This document shows positions 22,390 to 33,400 of a stretch of 64,000 bases of DNA, in pieces; positions within the stretch are counted from its first letter, which is position 1; each line of letters begins with the position of its first letter. Location: NCBI GenBank assembly GCA_029953675.1, contig JAMWBK010000003.1, positions 3,289,002 through 3,353,001 of the forward strand. The letters run 5' to 3'. The notes under the pieces are model-generated. The model did no database searches. It saw nothing but the letters and a program-made list of their open reading frames with translations, and had not been told where the DNA came from. Position numbers and translations under genes: made by a program. This DNA comes from Rhodosorus marinus CCMP1338 (Eukaryota; Plantae; Rhodophyta).

Positions 22390-23990
22390 GAATGAATGGT
22401 TTAATCGGAGGCTAGAAAAAAAACCTCGAGGGAAAAAAACGACTAAGCACCGCGAAGGTCGCGGGCCTCCAATAACAACGCAGCGTCATACGCCACAGCA
22501 AGAAACTCAATCGAATAAACAAAGATTGTAGACGGTCCGGGCGTTCGCGGAATATCTCCCGAAGCCACAGCGATCCAATGGAGTCTACAAACCCAAAGGA
22601 TTCGATGATGAGAGGCACCAGGCGGTGTGCGAGAGCCGACGCACGGACCTCGGGGGTCGACAGTGCCCTCGCATACGTCACCTCCGTATGTCGACGCATA
22701 CTGGCGGCGGCAAAACCACGGCGCTCCCCTGCGGTCGGCAAATAACGACTAGCCTGGGGATTCGGGATAACCAGGTCCACATAAGTGGTTCGGCGGCTAT
22801 CGTCGCAGCTAACCACTAGGTCAGCCACTCGGCGCTCTTCAGTTTGGGAGGCTTTAACCGGCAGGGGGTTTTCACGTTCAATTTCGAGACCGGCTTGCCT
22901 AACGATGGGCCGAATTTCGCGGTATAACAAGCTTAAAAGGCGCGTGTGGCGACGGGTGCGAGCACCTTCCACCGCAGGGCAACTGGCGAGCAGGTGGGCG
23001 CCAAAATCGGCGGTATCTTCCGTCTGGGAGTATATCGGACACGGCGAACCTCTCTCGTACGGCCAGGGGGGTTGGCGTAGCCCGAGGTATAAACGAAGAG
23101 AGGCACGTACTTCGAAATCAGTAAGCATTAGGGGCGGGAAAGCTGGTACCGTCGTCAGCCACTGGGAACTAATGCAGCCGCCAAGACCCCGTAGGCGGGC
23201 GCGATCACGGGAAGAGGAGACCATCTGCGCGAGGAGGCGGCCATATGAAGCACGGTGCAAGTCCCAAGAGAGGGTGTTTTGCAACGCATCCGTGCGCGCG
23301 GCGACTCGGCTCACAGAGCCCAGTCGATCAGAGGGAGGGTCGCGAGGGACCTCAGGATCCTGCTCCACGTCAGGGTCAAGTGTTGCCGTACCAGGGACAG
23401 AATCAATGCGCGGCGCAGTGCTTCGGGAACGCGCGAAAACGGCTCGCCAGCACGGTAAACGGGGCTGGATGTCAGCGGGGAGGCGGGTACAAGATGATAA
23501 CGTAACCCCCGCCGATTGGAGTTCCAAAAACAAACCTCGGACAGTGTCGGGGGCACTGGAGTGTAGTTCGTCACCGGACAGACTGACCTCGAGAGAGCGA
23601 AAACTTGAAACGCCTAACGCGCACAACGTCGGGAGCACGGTACCCCAGGACCGTACCACGGCTGCAGGTTGAATGACAGCGCGGTTAGAGAGACCGAGAC
23701 CGCCCAGGCGAAGAGGGAGGCCCACTTGTGCGCGGACGACATCACGAGTGGGGCGTTGGAGGTGAACCAGCTCCTCATCCAAAAAAAAGCTTAGTTCCGA
23801 AAAGCTCTCATCATCCGCACGTTTAGCGAGCCACCGAACCCAGTGATTCGGAAGCGAGCGGAGCCAATATGTGAGCCTTTGACTGCAGCAATAGCGATCG
23901 AGCAACAAGGAGGTCCGGAGAAAACCACGCGGCAACCAACGGAGCTCCGAGACGAGCTGCCGGTGCTTACTCAGAAGCTGCGACAACTCA
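22390..23990 (-). mobile_element. Family E (D-related subfamily), 5'-truncated
   Basis: ORF 22412-23986 has RYCCSQRLTYWLRSL, QVGLPLRLGGLGL, ADLVVS and YVDLVIP. It carries the D-type 3' end ATTAAACCATTCATTC. Confidence 0.85.
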
Positions 23991-24064
23991 CTTTGAGACG
24001 ATTGCGTTTCTCACGTCCCCACATGATTTGATAAATCATTCAAGATGGAGTATGGCTTGTACAT

Positions 24065-24357
24065 CAGTGAACGAATGGTTTAATCGGAGGCTGAAAGAAA
24101 AAACCCCGAGGGGAAACAAAGACTAAGTGCGGCGAAGAACTCGCGCCTCCAACATCAAAGCGGCATTCATGCGCCACAGCAGGAAACTTAAGCGGGTAAA
24201 CAACGATTGAAGACGGTCAGGGCGTTCGCGGAACAACTCCCGAAGCCAGCGAGAACCAACAGAGTCCATGAACCCAAAGCACTCAATGATCAGGGGTACC
24301 AAGCGATGTGCTAGTGCCGAAGCACGAACACCAGGGGAAGACAAAGCCCCCGCGTAT
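24065..24357 (-). mobile_element. Family D 3' fragment
   Basis: YAGALSSPG...EARVLRRT plus the D 3' UTR. Confidence 0.85.
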
Positions 24358-24539
24358 CGGAATCGAGGTAGTGACCAGAATAAACACCTCGGTTTTGCCA
24401 CCTCAAGAGGGGTTCTTAACCCCTCACCAATAAGGTGATTTTTCCTCAAATGCGGATCCGATAAACATTTATCAGCAGACAGCTCGATACTTATTTACTC
24501 GACGCAATCGGACGTTCATTTACCGGACGGACATGACAA

Positions 24540-25650
24540 CCTTATGCAAGTGTGCAAAAAAAACTACCCCAATCATTGATCCGGAACTACTACTGAGAAT
24601 GGTTTTACGAACTACTGAGAGTCGGTTTGGAAAAGGAGCGGACTAAATTTCTGTCCGTCCAAAGTGGACGTTCTTTTATGGGACGGAGATGATATCCTTA
24701 ATTGGGTGTACGAAACCCAAATAAGGACATCATCCAAGTATGAGTCTGCACAAAAATGTTGAAACGGTCACGCGATGAACGGTGACGATACGCTCTCAGC
24801 ATCTAGGAGGGTGATTCACACACGGTCACACATACGGTAGGACCGATGTGCGAACAGTATACGGTAGACAAACCATGTAGAGGTTCAAACATTTGAAGTA
24901 GTTTGAACAGTACAAGGTATCGATCTTCCCCACAGTATAGTAGGATACTTAAGTGGTAGATATCGAACGCAAGGGTCAGGGAAAACAATAAAGAAACTAT
25001 CGAAGTTTGGCTGACGGGACTTTGGTCAAGGTTGGGAATCCTTGAAAATTCCAACATACTGAGAGTCGGTTTGGAAAAGGAGCGGACTAAATTTCTGTCC
25101 GTCCAAAGTGGACGTAACCTTATGCAAGTGTGCAAAAAAAACTACCCCAATCATTGATCCGGAACTACTACTGAGAATGGTTTTACGAACTACTGAGAGT
25201 CGGTTTGGAAAAGGAGCGGACTAAATTTCTGTCCGTCCAAAGTGGACGTTCTTTTATGGGACGGAGATGATATCCTTAATTGGGTGTACGAAACCCAAAT
25301 AAGGACATCATCCAAGTATGAGTCTGCACAAAAAAAAAGGAATCGCGCTAGAAAGTTAGGGAGCATATATAAATAGCAGAGAGCATATATAAATAGCAGA
25401 GAGAGAGATTCCGAATGCGGACTATGCAATCAAAACTCTCTAATGAGCACTGACGGCTAAAGCCAGGGGGGGGGGGCAGGCAACGTGGAGGTCGGTTTGG
25501 AAAAGGAGCGGACTAAATTTCTGTTCGTCCAAAGTGGTCGTTCTTTTATGGGAACGCAGATGATATCCTTATTAAGGATATCCTTAATAAGGATATCCTC
25601 TCCGTACGATAGAAGAACGTCCACATTGGAGGGACAGAAATTTAGTACCT
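24540..25650. repeat. Local repeat family: ~210-bp direct duplication, a ~58-bp core in 4 copies, and a fold-back at 25512-25646
   Basis: 24540-24753 is similar to 25118-25335. The core GTCGGTTTGGAAAAGGAGCGGACTAAATTTCTG occurs at ~24614, 25058, 25193 and 25490, with an inverted copy ending at 25646. Confidence 0.85.
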
Positions 25651-25992
25651 ACGAGGGATTACCGGGATTTCCACGGCTGACATACGCTTAATTTTTTGTT
25701 TAAGTTGGGACACTACAGAGCCTTGCAAGGGGTCCCTATAGTCGCGACTTCGCCAGAATGCCCGTTCACAATGTCCACAGTCTTTGCGCGTGGTTTTATT
25801 ACAGGGTTATAAGTAGAGCGACGAAGGCTAGATGTTGGGATGGGTTGAACAAGAGATATGTCACAAGTCATACATTGCTAGAAGCGGAGATTGTCATATA
25901 CGCTGAGAACTGAATTTGGAGTGGAGTGAAAGAGTTTGTAGAGCGAAGGCGAAAATTGTCCTTTTTCTTTTTTGTGTAGGAGCGGATTGAAC

Positions 25993-26425
25993 ATGATGAA
26001 ACTGAGTGCTTTCGGTCTGGTCACCTTACTAGGGTTCACAATGGCGGTTCCATTGATGCAGAAAGTTCATCTTGATAAGAAAGTACACGCAGAGGTCGAG
26101 GAGGCCGTAGCCCGCGTTGACGAGACCGTATTTCCCTTTTCAGCTGAAGGGGACGGAGCCAGCGCGTCCAAGGAAGCCGTAAACCGCAAGACCCTTTTGG
26201 TCTTGGATGGTGCGGACACAAACGCCGTTAAGGTAGAGAGGGCCGTCGCCCGCCTTGGCACGTCCGGATATGACGCAGTTGCCGCTGAGAGGTTTCAAAC
26301 CGGAGACGCCCCCCGAACTCTAGCCAGCATGGCCAAGGGAGCCGTAAACCGCGTGACCCTTTGGCTCTGGGGTGGTGCCCTCCCATTCTTCGTTCAGATC
26401 CCTACTAAACCAACTCCGCTTTCGC
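25993..26425 (+). pseudogene. Secreted-protein gene, 3'-truncated by a family C fragment
   Basis: Starts MMKLSAFGLVTLLGFTMA (signal-like). Sequence switches to C ORF1 homology at CTCTCTGAGCA (~26426). Confidence 0.55.
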
Positions 26426-26654
26426 CTCTCTGAGCACGAGACCAGTGTGAAAGCCGCCATCCATCGCATTGAGCGGATACTTATGGAGCGTTTCGCGTCG
26501 GGTCCACGCCATCTGCGGGCAGCCGCCTCTACCTTTTTCGACCTGGAGGTCGGCCGGTTGACCAGTTTGGTGAGGTTAGGAGGCAAACGCGCGAGGACCG
26601 ACTCCCCCGGGTCTAAGGGGGAGAAGCAGGATTAGCTCCCCGGGCACGGCTGCG
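26426..26654 (+). mobile_element. Family C (divergent) ORF1-end fragment, truncated at both ends
   Basis: LSEHETSVKAAIHRIERILMERFASGPRHLR and LVRLGGKRARTDSPG match ORF 33568-34242. Confidence 0.85.
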
Positions 26655-26656
26655 TT

Positions 26657-26738
26657 GGTTACGTTAGTCTGGGGGTAGGATTAGACGTATTGTTGCGCTG
26701 CAGTAGGCAGCTGCCCAGTAAAGCTTACGGTTACGTTA
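26657..26738 (+). repeat. Interstitial telomere remnants (26657-26674, 26729-26738) flanking a 53-nt family A 3' UTR stub
   Basis: GGTTACGTTAGTCTGGGG, then TAGGATTAGACG...AGTAAAGCTTAC, then GGTTACGTTA. Confidence 0.9.
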
Positions 26739-29700
26739 AGGGAGGCGTTGGGGAAGACAAAAGGAAAAGTTCGTAAGAGAGTCCGAAGATGATTGTGAGG
26801 GAGGTACGCGGGCCGAACCCGAACCTCTTGTCATTCAGGGCCCGGACCCCTCGGGCACCCGGGAAGTTTTGCAAAGGCACCAGCACCAGTCTGATGGCGA
26901 CATGCAGGAGGCACCGACGGAACCACAAGCAGGCGATGTTCAAGCACGAGCGCGGACCGAGTCTGCAGCCGCAACCGACCCGGCAGCCACATTCTTGCAT
27001 CAACTGCGTAGCTTCGACAGATGCTACCAGGACCTGGGCATCGCTGCGTCCGAAATTACAGACTTCTACAAAGCAGTTTTTCAACTGTACTCGCGGGTCA
27101 ACAGCTCGCAAGAGCTGCAAGGCGTCACCGGACGCCTTACGGAGTTGTCCCGGAAACCGGATATGTGGGAAGGTAGAGCCGCTACTACGAATTCTGCACC
27201 ATCTCCGCATGATCTCCCACGACAGGCCGTAGGCAACCACCTCGCCCCCGAAACCGGTTACCGTAACGGTTGACTGCCAGGAAGTTATGACGTCCATGAT
27301 TTAGGAACCCGGCTCCCTGCGCCCCAGGGAGGGACAGGTGTCCGGGATCTAGGACACTATGCGGAGGCGTTCCCAGCAATCGGGGAGGGCCCTACAAGGC
27401 CAACCTTCGCCGAGTTTGCAGCTCAGAAAGAACCAGGGAGAGAAGGAGATGCTCGTTCCAGAACTTTTGGACGCCCCGGACCCCAAACCCAGCAGGCTGC
27501 CCTGCGGCAACTGCACGCTACGGTCGGGGGGTCTAGTTGGGGACCCGATGTTGCTCCAGTCCTCGCGACGCTACGGAATGTCCGACCCCCAAGGCTGGAT
27601 GAGGTGGCCCCTGCGGATTTTGCAACGGTTCTTTGCAGAGCACTGGGTATGCCCAGCTCTTATTTGGTGCATGTGGACTTTATTGCCTCCCATGCCTGCC
27701 TGCTGTGCCATCCAGACGCAATTCCGATTCTCCAAAGTGCCATCTCCCGAGGAGTTTTTCTGACTGGGATTTTCGGATCCTTCACACAACGACACGCCGA
27801 TCGACAAGTAAGCCTTTACACTGGCCAGGCGCTGGACCCAGACAACCTTCTGGGTTACCTCGAACGTCAGACCATCGCTCCCGGGGATATCGCTGCCCAC
27901 ACGCTGAAGCGGGCCATCGAGCAGCTTGTCCGCATTCGTTCGAGGATCCGCAGGCGACAACTCTCCTTCCACACTCTCGCAGCGCTCTACGAGTTTCTGG
28001 AGGCACGACTAGAGCTCCTAAAAGGCGGACAACATCCGCCTGAGGTACCCGGGGAGTGCGCGGAACCCCCTGGGCCTGCAGCCGCTTCGAACGCAGACCC
28101 TGAAGCCTCGTCCCTTCCAGGGGATGCACAAGCAGACCGTGGGACAGTTGACGCCCAGTTTGAGACTAGCGCGACTTCCCAAGTACCTGAGAACGGAGCA
28201 CACGAGGACAATCCCCATGCGGAGCTCCTCTGCAACCTTCCGGAGCCACCTCAACAGAAGCGCTCGCGAGTATCCGCCGATGGAACCGGACCGGATACTG
28301 AGATGACCTCGGCAGCCGTGGAGACTCCACCGGATACCACTGTGACACAGGTTGCCCTTGACGGCAACCATCACGCGATGGACACGCAGGAGAGCCAGGA
28401 AAACCCAGCGCAATAATGCCGAGCACACGTAGGGGAATTAAACGACGCCGCGACGAGCCTCTGTTCTTCTCGGATCGTCAAGACTGGATCAGGCGGTGGA
28501 GCGTCTTCGTCGACGACGTCACGGAAGGAGGCAGGCAGTGGACGCGCCTTACACACTGCCCGGTTCCCACACGGCGATTTGTGCCACGCGCCCAGGTTCA
28601 AACATGGAGCTGCCTCTTCCGTGCTGCATTAGAGCTCTCTATGGACAGCACCGCACCAACAAAAGCCAGCCTGCTTCTTGTCGGACTTCCAGGCCTTGTC
28701 CTTGGACACTCTGCACTTGATGTTGGCATTCAGGTATCGCATGTGCTTGAAGGAGAATCCTCTACGGTCTGGAGCGCTCTAGAGGACAAGGCGTCTATGC
28801 TGTCGCATACTACCGCACCGCAAGGAGCTGAAGCGGTTCGACGCCAACATCTCGGGCGCCACAAGCGAGCGCTGAAACTAGCACACCTTGGCCGCCTTTC
28901 AGATGCAGCTCGAAGCCTACAGGCCACCGAAATGGCACCTTTTACCGCGGCTACGTGGAGACAACTACAAGCGCTCTTTCCCAACCCGGCGGAAGGTGAC
29001 ATACCAGACGAGATTGCACACGCCCTGCAATCTTTGCTCGCTCTGAATACCGAAATACTAAAGCGGCGGTGGGATTCAAGAAAAGCTGCCGACGAGGGCC
29101 TGATGTCGATCGCGGCACGTCTTCCTCAGGGCAAGAGCCCAGGTCCTAGCGGTCTCCGAGCGGAACACCTCCAAGGTGCAACTCAACAGACGCAAGTGGC
29201 GTTGATTCGTGTATTGCGACAACTGGCGACCGCTCCTGAGAAATTTTCCCCGGCTCTGACCCGCGCCCTTCGCAGTAGTCGACTCCTACCGTTCGCGAAG
29301 CCTAACAAGGGTTCAGTGCCACAGGAGCATCCCGGAGTTCGCCCTATCGGAGTACCAGAAGTTTTGCGCAAGGTAGCAACGCAATGGACTCTTCACGCGG
29401 TTATGGACAGGGTGCGTGAGCTCCTGGTGTCCTTACAACTGGGTATTGGAGTAAGTGGCGGGTGCGAACGCTCACTTCACGCGATCCAGGCCCATTTGTC
29501 ATGCGAACCCGATTCGGTGGTCCCTCGGCTAGACCTAGAGAATGCCTTTAATCGCATCGACCGACGCCTTGCCAAGCAACTGGTGGACGAACACTTGCCG
29601 GAGCTTGCACCAGTGTATAGACTTGGATATGGAAGCGACAACGCGGACTCACCGACGCTCTGTGGCTGGCGATCTTCCCCTGGACAGAACGAAACCGACA

Positions 29701-30472
29701 CCTCTCGCCTGACTCTCCAAGCAACTACAGGAGTCCAACAGGGAGATCCACTGGGGCCGGTGCTACATGCACTATCCCTGGCGCCCTTTCTAAGAGCGTT
29801 GCGAGCCAAGCTCCCCAGCGAAACGATTGTTGCTATCCACGACGATATCACGATTGTCGGGCCGCTACAAGCCTTGAAGGCATCCCGGGCATGGGGAAAA
29901 ACTGTGCTCCCCTCTCTTGGAGCACGCCTGCAACTCGGCAAGTGCACTGTGTACGGGCGAACACTGACTACCACGCGAGTGGTCAATCATGAGATTCCTG
30001 GAGTGCAAGTGACCAGAGACGGAGTCACCATCCACTCGATACCGATAGGCAGCCGAGAATATATCGAACAGGAGTGCCGGGGGCTGCAAAATAAGCATGA
30101 GAAACTCTTTGAGCAAATTGCCAAGCTCCCACAACCGGAGCTTACGACGCAAATTGCCCTCTTCAGGTTCTGTGCGGAAATGCGGCTAGACTATGTTCTA
30201 CGATGCCTCGCACACGAGTTTGGAAGAACTCTGGCACGCGAGGCCGATGTGATGACCAGATATCATCTGGAAATTCTATTCGGAGGCCTCTCTACGACAG
30301 CTGTAGAGGACGACGAGTACGCAGAGCTGATCTCGGACCAAATCGCTCTGCCCTGCCGCTGGGGGGGGTTGAGTTTCGCTACTCGAAAGCGCGTCCAACC
30401 CATTGCGTTTTACTCGTCATGGAGAAACACCTTCCGGAACAATGAAGATGAATGGCCATACCTGACTGAACT
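26739..30472 (+). mobile_element. Family A element with intact 5' end, frameshifted ORF1 (26789-28416) and 3'-truncated ORF2
   Basis: Starts directly after a telomere remnant. ORF1 and ORF2 overlap as TAATG (28414-28418). Cut off at ~30472 by a C element in the opposite orientation. Confidence 0.9.
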
Positions 30473-30494
30473 GGACTTTAGTAGCATAGCCTGA
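28416..30494 (+). CDS. Family A ORF2 reverse transcriptase, truncated
   Basis: SPGPSGLRAEHL, RPIGVPEVLRK, QLGIGVSGGCE, DLENAFN, GVQQGDPLGP, AIHDD. Confidence 0.9.
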   Translation: MPSTRRGIKRRRDEPLFFSDRQDWIRRWSVFVDDVTEGGRQWTRLTHCPVPTRRFVPRAQVQTWSCLFRAALELSMDSTAPTKASLLLVGLPGLVLGHSALDVGIQVSHVLEGESSTVWSALEDKASMLSHTTAPQGAEAVRRQHLGRHKRALKLAHLGRLSDAARSLQATEMAPFTAATWRQLQALFPNPAEGDIPDEIAHALQSLLALNTEILKRRWDSRKAADEGLMSIAARLPQGKSPGPSGLRAEHLQGATQQTQVALIRVLRQLATAPEKFSPALTRALRSSRLLPFAKPNKGSVPQEHPGVRPIGVPEVLRKVATQWTLHAVMDRVRELLVSLQLGIGVSGGCERSLHAIQAHLSCEPDSVVPRLDLENAFNRIDRRLAKQLVDEHLPELAPVYRLGYGSDNADSPTLCGWRSSPGQNETDTSRLTLQATTGVQQGDPLGPVLHALSLAPFLRALRAKLPSETIVAIHDDITIVGPLQALKASRAWGKTVLPSLGARLQLGKCTVYGRTLTTTRVVNHEIPGVQVTRDGVTIHSIPIGSREYIEQECRGLQNKHEKLFEQIAKLPQPELTTQIALFRFCAEMRLDYVLRCLAHEFGRTLAREADVMTRYHLEILFGGLSTTAVEDDEYAELISDQIALPCRWGGLSFATRKRVQPIAFYSSWRNTFRNNEDEWPYLTELDFSSIA

Positions 30495-33400
30495 AGCGCT
30501 ACGCAAGGCGTGAAGATGAACTAATAACTAGGGAGGGAAGTATGCAACCCCAGGCGCCGATGGCGCGCCTCGGAAAGCATGTCGCTGGAATATCGCCAAA
30601 GGGAGACACTTAAACGCCTCAAGAGCGCCAAATATTCAGTAGGATGCTCAGCAAAACATTTCCGCAACCACTCTAAACCCGACTTATCGACGTGACCAAA
30701 GCTTTCCACAATGAATGGCTGGAACCGGTGAGAGCGACCCTCAGCGCAAGGCAGACTGGCCATGCTCTCAGCATACCGTCGTTCCTTAACTCTTCGAAGG
30801 GCTGAAGCCGCGGCGCCCCGGCGGCGGGCGGCTGCGGTGAGGTGGGCGCTGGCCACGGGGCAGGTAATCGCAAGGTCCACATATGTTGAGCGTCTGGCAG
30901 CAGCGTCGGAGACGAGGAGATCGGCTATACAACGGGGCGGTGCAGAGTCCGAGATTGATCTGGGCAGTTCCGACTCAACCTCAACCGTATGCCCTATCCG
31001 AGTCAAAAATTCGCTGAGGATGTACTTGAGGCGAGTGTGACGCCTCGTACGGAGACCTCTCAACAGTCCGCAGGAACCCAGGAAGTGGTAGCCACAAGCG
31101 TCAATCCGGCTCTCACATCCCTGACAGAAAGACGGCCGATTAGAGTGCCACGGAGCCTGTGGCAAACCGAGATAGATCCGTGCGGCAGAACGGAACTGGA
31201 AAGCATCGAGACGATGACTCAATGACGACGGTAGAGTGGTTAACCACAAGTGCGAGAGGTGGCCTCCCATGCCGCGGAGACGAGCGGCAGTGGTAGGCGG
31301 CGTGAGAGGAGAATTGAGCATGACTGTGTGAGCGGCACTGTGTTGGCCCCAGGTGAGGCTATGTTGAATCACATCAGTGCGGGAGCTCCACAATCGGCTC
31401 AAACCCGGGTAGTCTGCAACAGGTGACCCGGGGCTAGCCTCTCCGTCATCGGCAAGAACTCGGTCCAGGGGACAATCCTCAATCGCTTCAGCTCGTCCCC
31501 ATAACAGCTCCCACCAGGAACGAAAGCGGGACCGATTTGCGTCCGGCACGGCGTTGCACTTCCTGAACGCGTGTTGAAGACCATCATAAATTGTCAAAAG
31601 CGGGGGCGGCAGGGTCACTGGATCCTCGTTGGTCAAAGCTCGAGCCAAGAGGCAGGCACTTCGCATCTGGAAGGTCACCAACGTTCGCAGCGCGGTAGCC
31701 CAGGAGGCAACCGCCGCTGGCGAGCATACCAGCCCACGGTCTGCGACGCCGAATCCCCCTAATCGCAACGGTAGAGCGATCTGTGCACGAATTAAGTCCC
31801 TGTCGGGAGCAGCTTCAAGATCGAGGGGCTCATCCAAGAGCGTTCCCCAGTGTTGCAGGGTCATTTCGTCGGCTTTAGCCGCGATCCACGAGCCCCAAGC
31901 TGGAGGCAGGCTGCGCAACCAGTAGTTGAGTCTGGGACCGGCACAAAAGCGGGAAAGCAAGCAGGCCGATTGCAGCATGCTGTCGGGTAGGTGCTCAATG
32001 GCGTCGGTGAGTTGCTTGTGCCGTGCCAAAACTCGCTCGCAGGATGCTTGGACAAACTTGTCAGTCCCCAATCCGACGCCGTGGTGTTCGAACCCTTCAC
32101 GTTCGCTGATTAGTCGCAGAATGGGTGGCAGAGAGTTCAGCGACACGTCCCTCGGGGGGAGAAAGCGACATTTTTCTGTTTCCAAAGTCAAACCGACGCG
32201 ACGTGCAATCGCTTCGATCGCGGTCAGTCCCCTAGCCAGGGTGTCAGGGGTGCCCAGCAATGTTACGTCATCGTGGTACGCGCAGATTCGAAGATCCGAG
32301 ACCTCAGTCGAAAGACGTAAAAGTACGAGCTGTAGGGCACAGGCATGAAGAAGAGGTCCGCAAGGGTCGCCTTGTTGGACGCCAGTATGTGCTTGAAAAA
32401 CAGTGCCCTCCGTTGTCAAGTAGGGGAGGCTCTCCCCTCCGTAAATACCCGATAGAAACGGCCACGCCTCCGGAAACACACGTCGGAGCACCTCTAGCGC
32501 ATGCGTCCGCGACACGCTGTTGAATGCGTTCCGGAAATCAACCACCAAGACTCCCCAATCCGGCCTACTGGCGCGTTCTAGCTCGATCCCATGGGTGATC
32601 AGTTCGCAACCCCCAGAAAATCCCACCCCTACTTGCAAGGGCGCCATAAAAGCTGTGACGCGCTGGCGAAGGCGCTGGCATAGCCACCTCCCGGCTAACT
32701 TCCGTAGGCTCTCCACCATCCCGATCGGCCGGAGACGCGGGTGGGCCGGCTGGTGGTCAGGTTTCGTGAGCAAGCAAAGCTGTGCCTGCCGGAGATGTTC
32801 CCATGGCGCAGACGCACCCGATACGCCCTGGAACAACTTGTTAAGGATCCTCAGAAGCGCGCTCTGGCCAGGCTGGCTCAGGGCCTGCAATAACTCTGTT
32901 CTTAGTCCGGAGGGTCCGGGACAGCGTCCCCGACGCGAGGTACGAAGCAAATCCTCCAGGTCAGACTCACTGAGCGTCAGATCGATGCGAAACCTGGCCA
33001 ACTCCGGACGGTCCAAGAATACCTCGAATTCAGGGGACAAATCCACGTCGGACTCAGGGAACAAAGACGACACCGTCTGGGCGAGACTATCATCGTAGGG
33101 GAGGACAGGCGCCTGGCCCTCCAAAACCCGCGCCGCTCGACTTAAATCGCCCACTGCTACCAATTTCTGTACTCGAGCTGGCACGGGCGACACTGTGCCA
33201 TGCCGAGTCCGACAGGCGGATGGTGCTGACGACGCCAAATAGCTGCGCTGTAGTACTTCGAAGTCTCCCTTCAAGAACAGGGCCAGTCGGTCTCGTACTC
33301 GCCATCTGCGCTCCGATGTGTGAATGGGGGCCAGAATCAGGCGCGGCATGACCCCCAGAAAAACCCAAATGACTGTGTCCCGAATGTTGCGAGCCAGGCT

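Noticed and set aside
23498-23509. 12-nt telomere match inside the family E ORF
   Set aside because: In-frame coding (AGVTL) with no junction. Roughly 0.1 such matches are expected by chance in a window this size.
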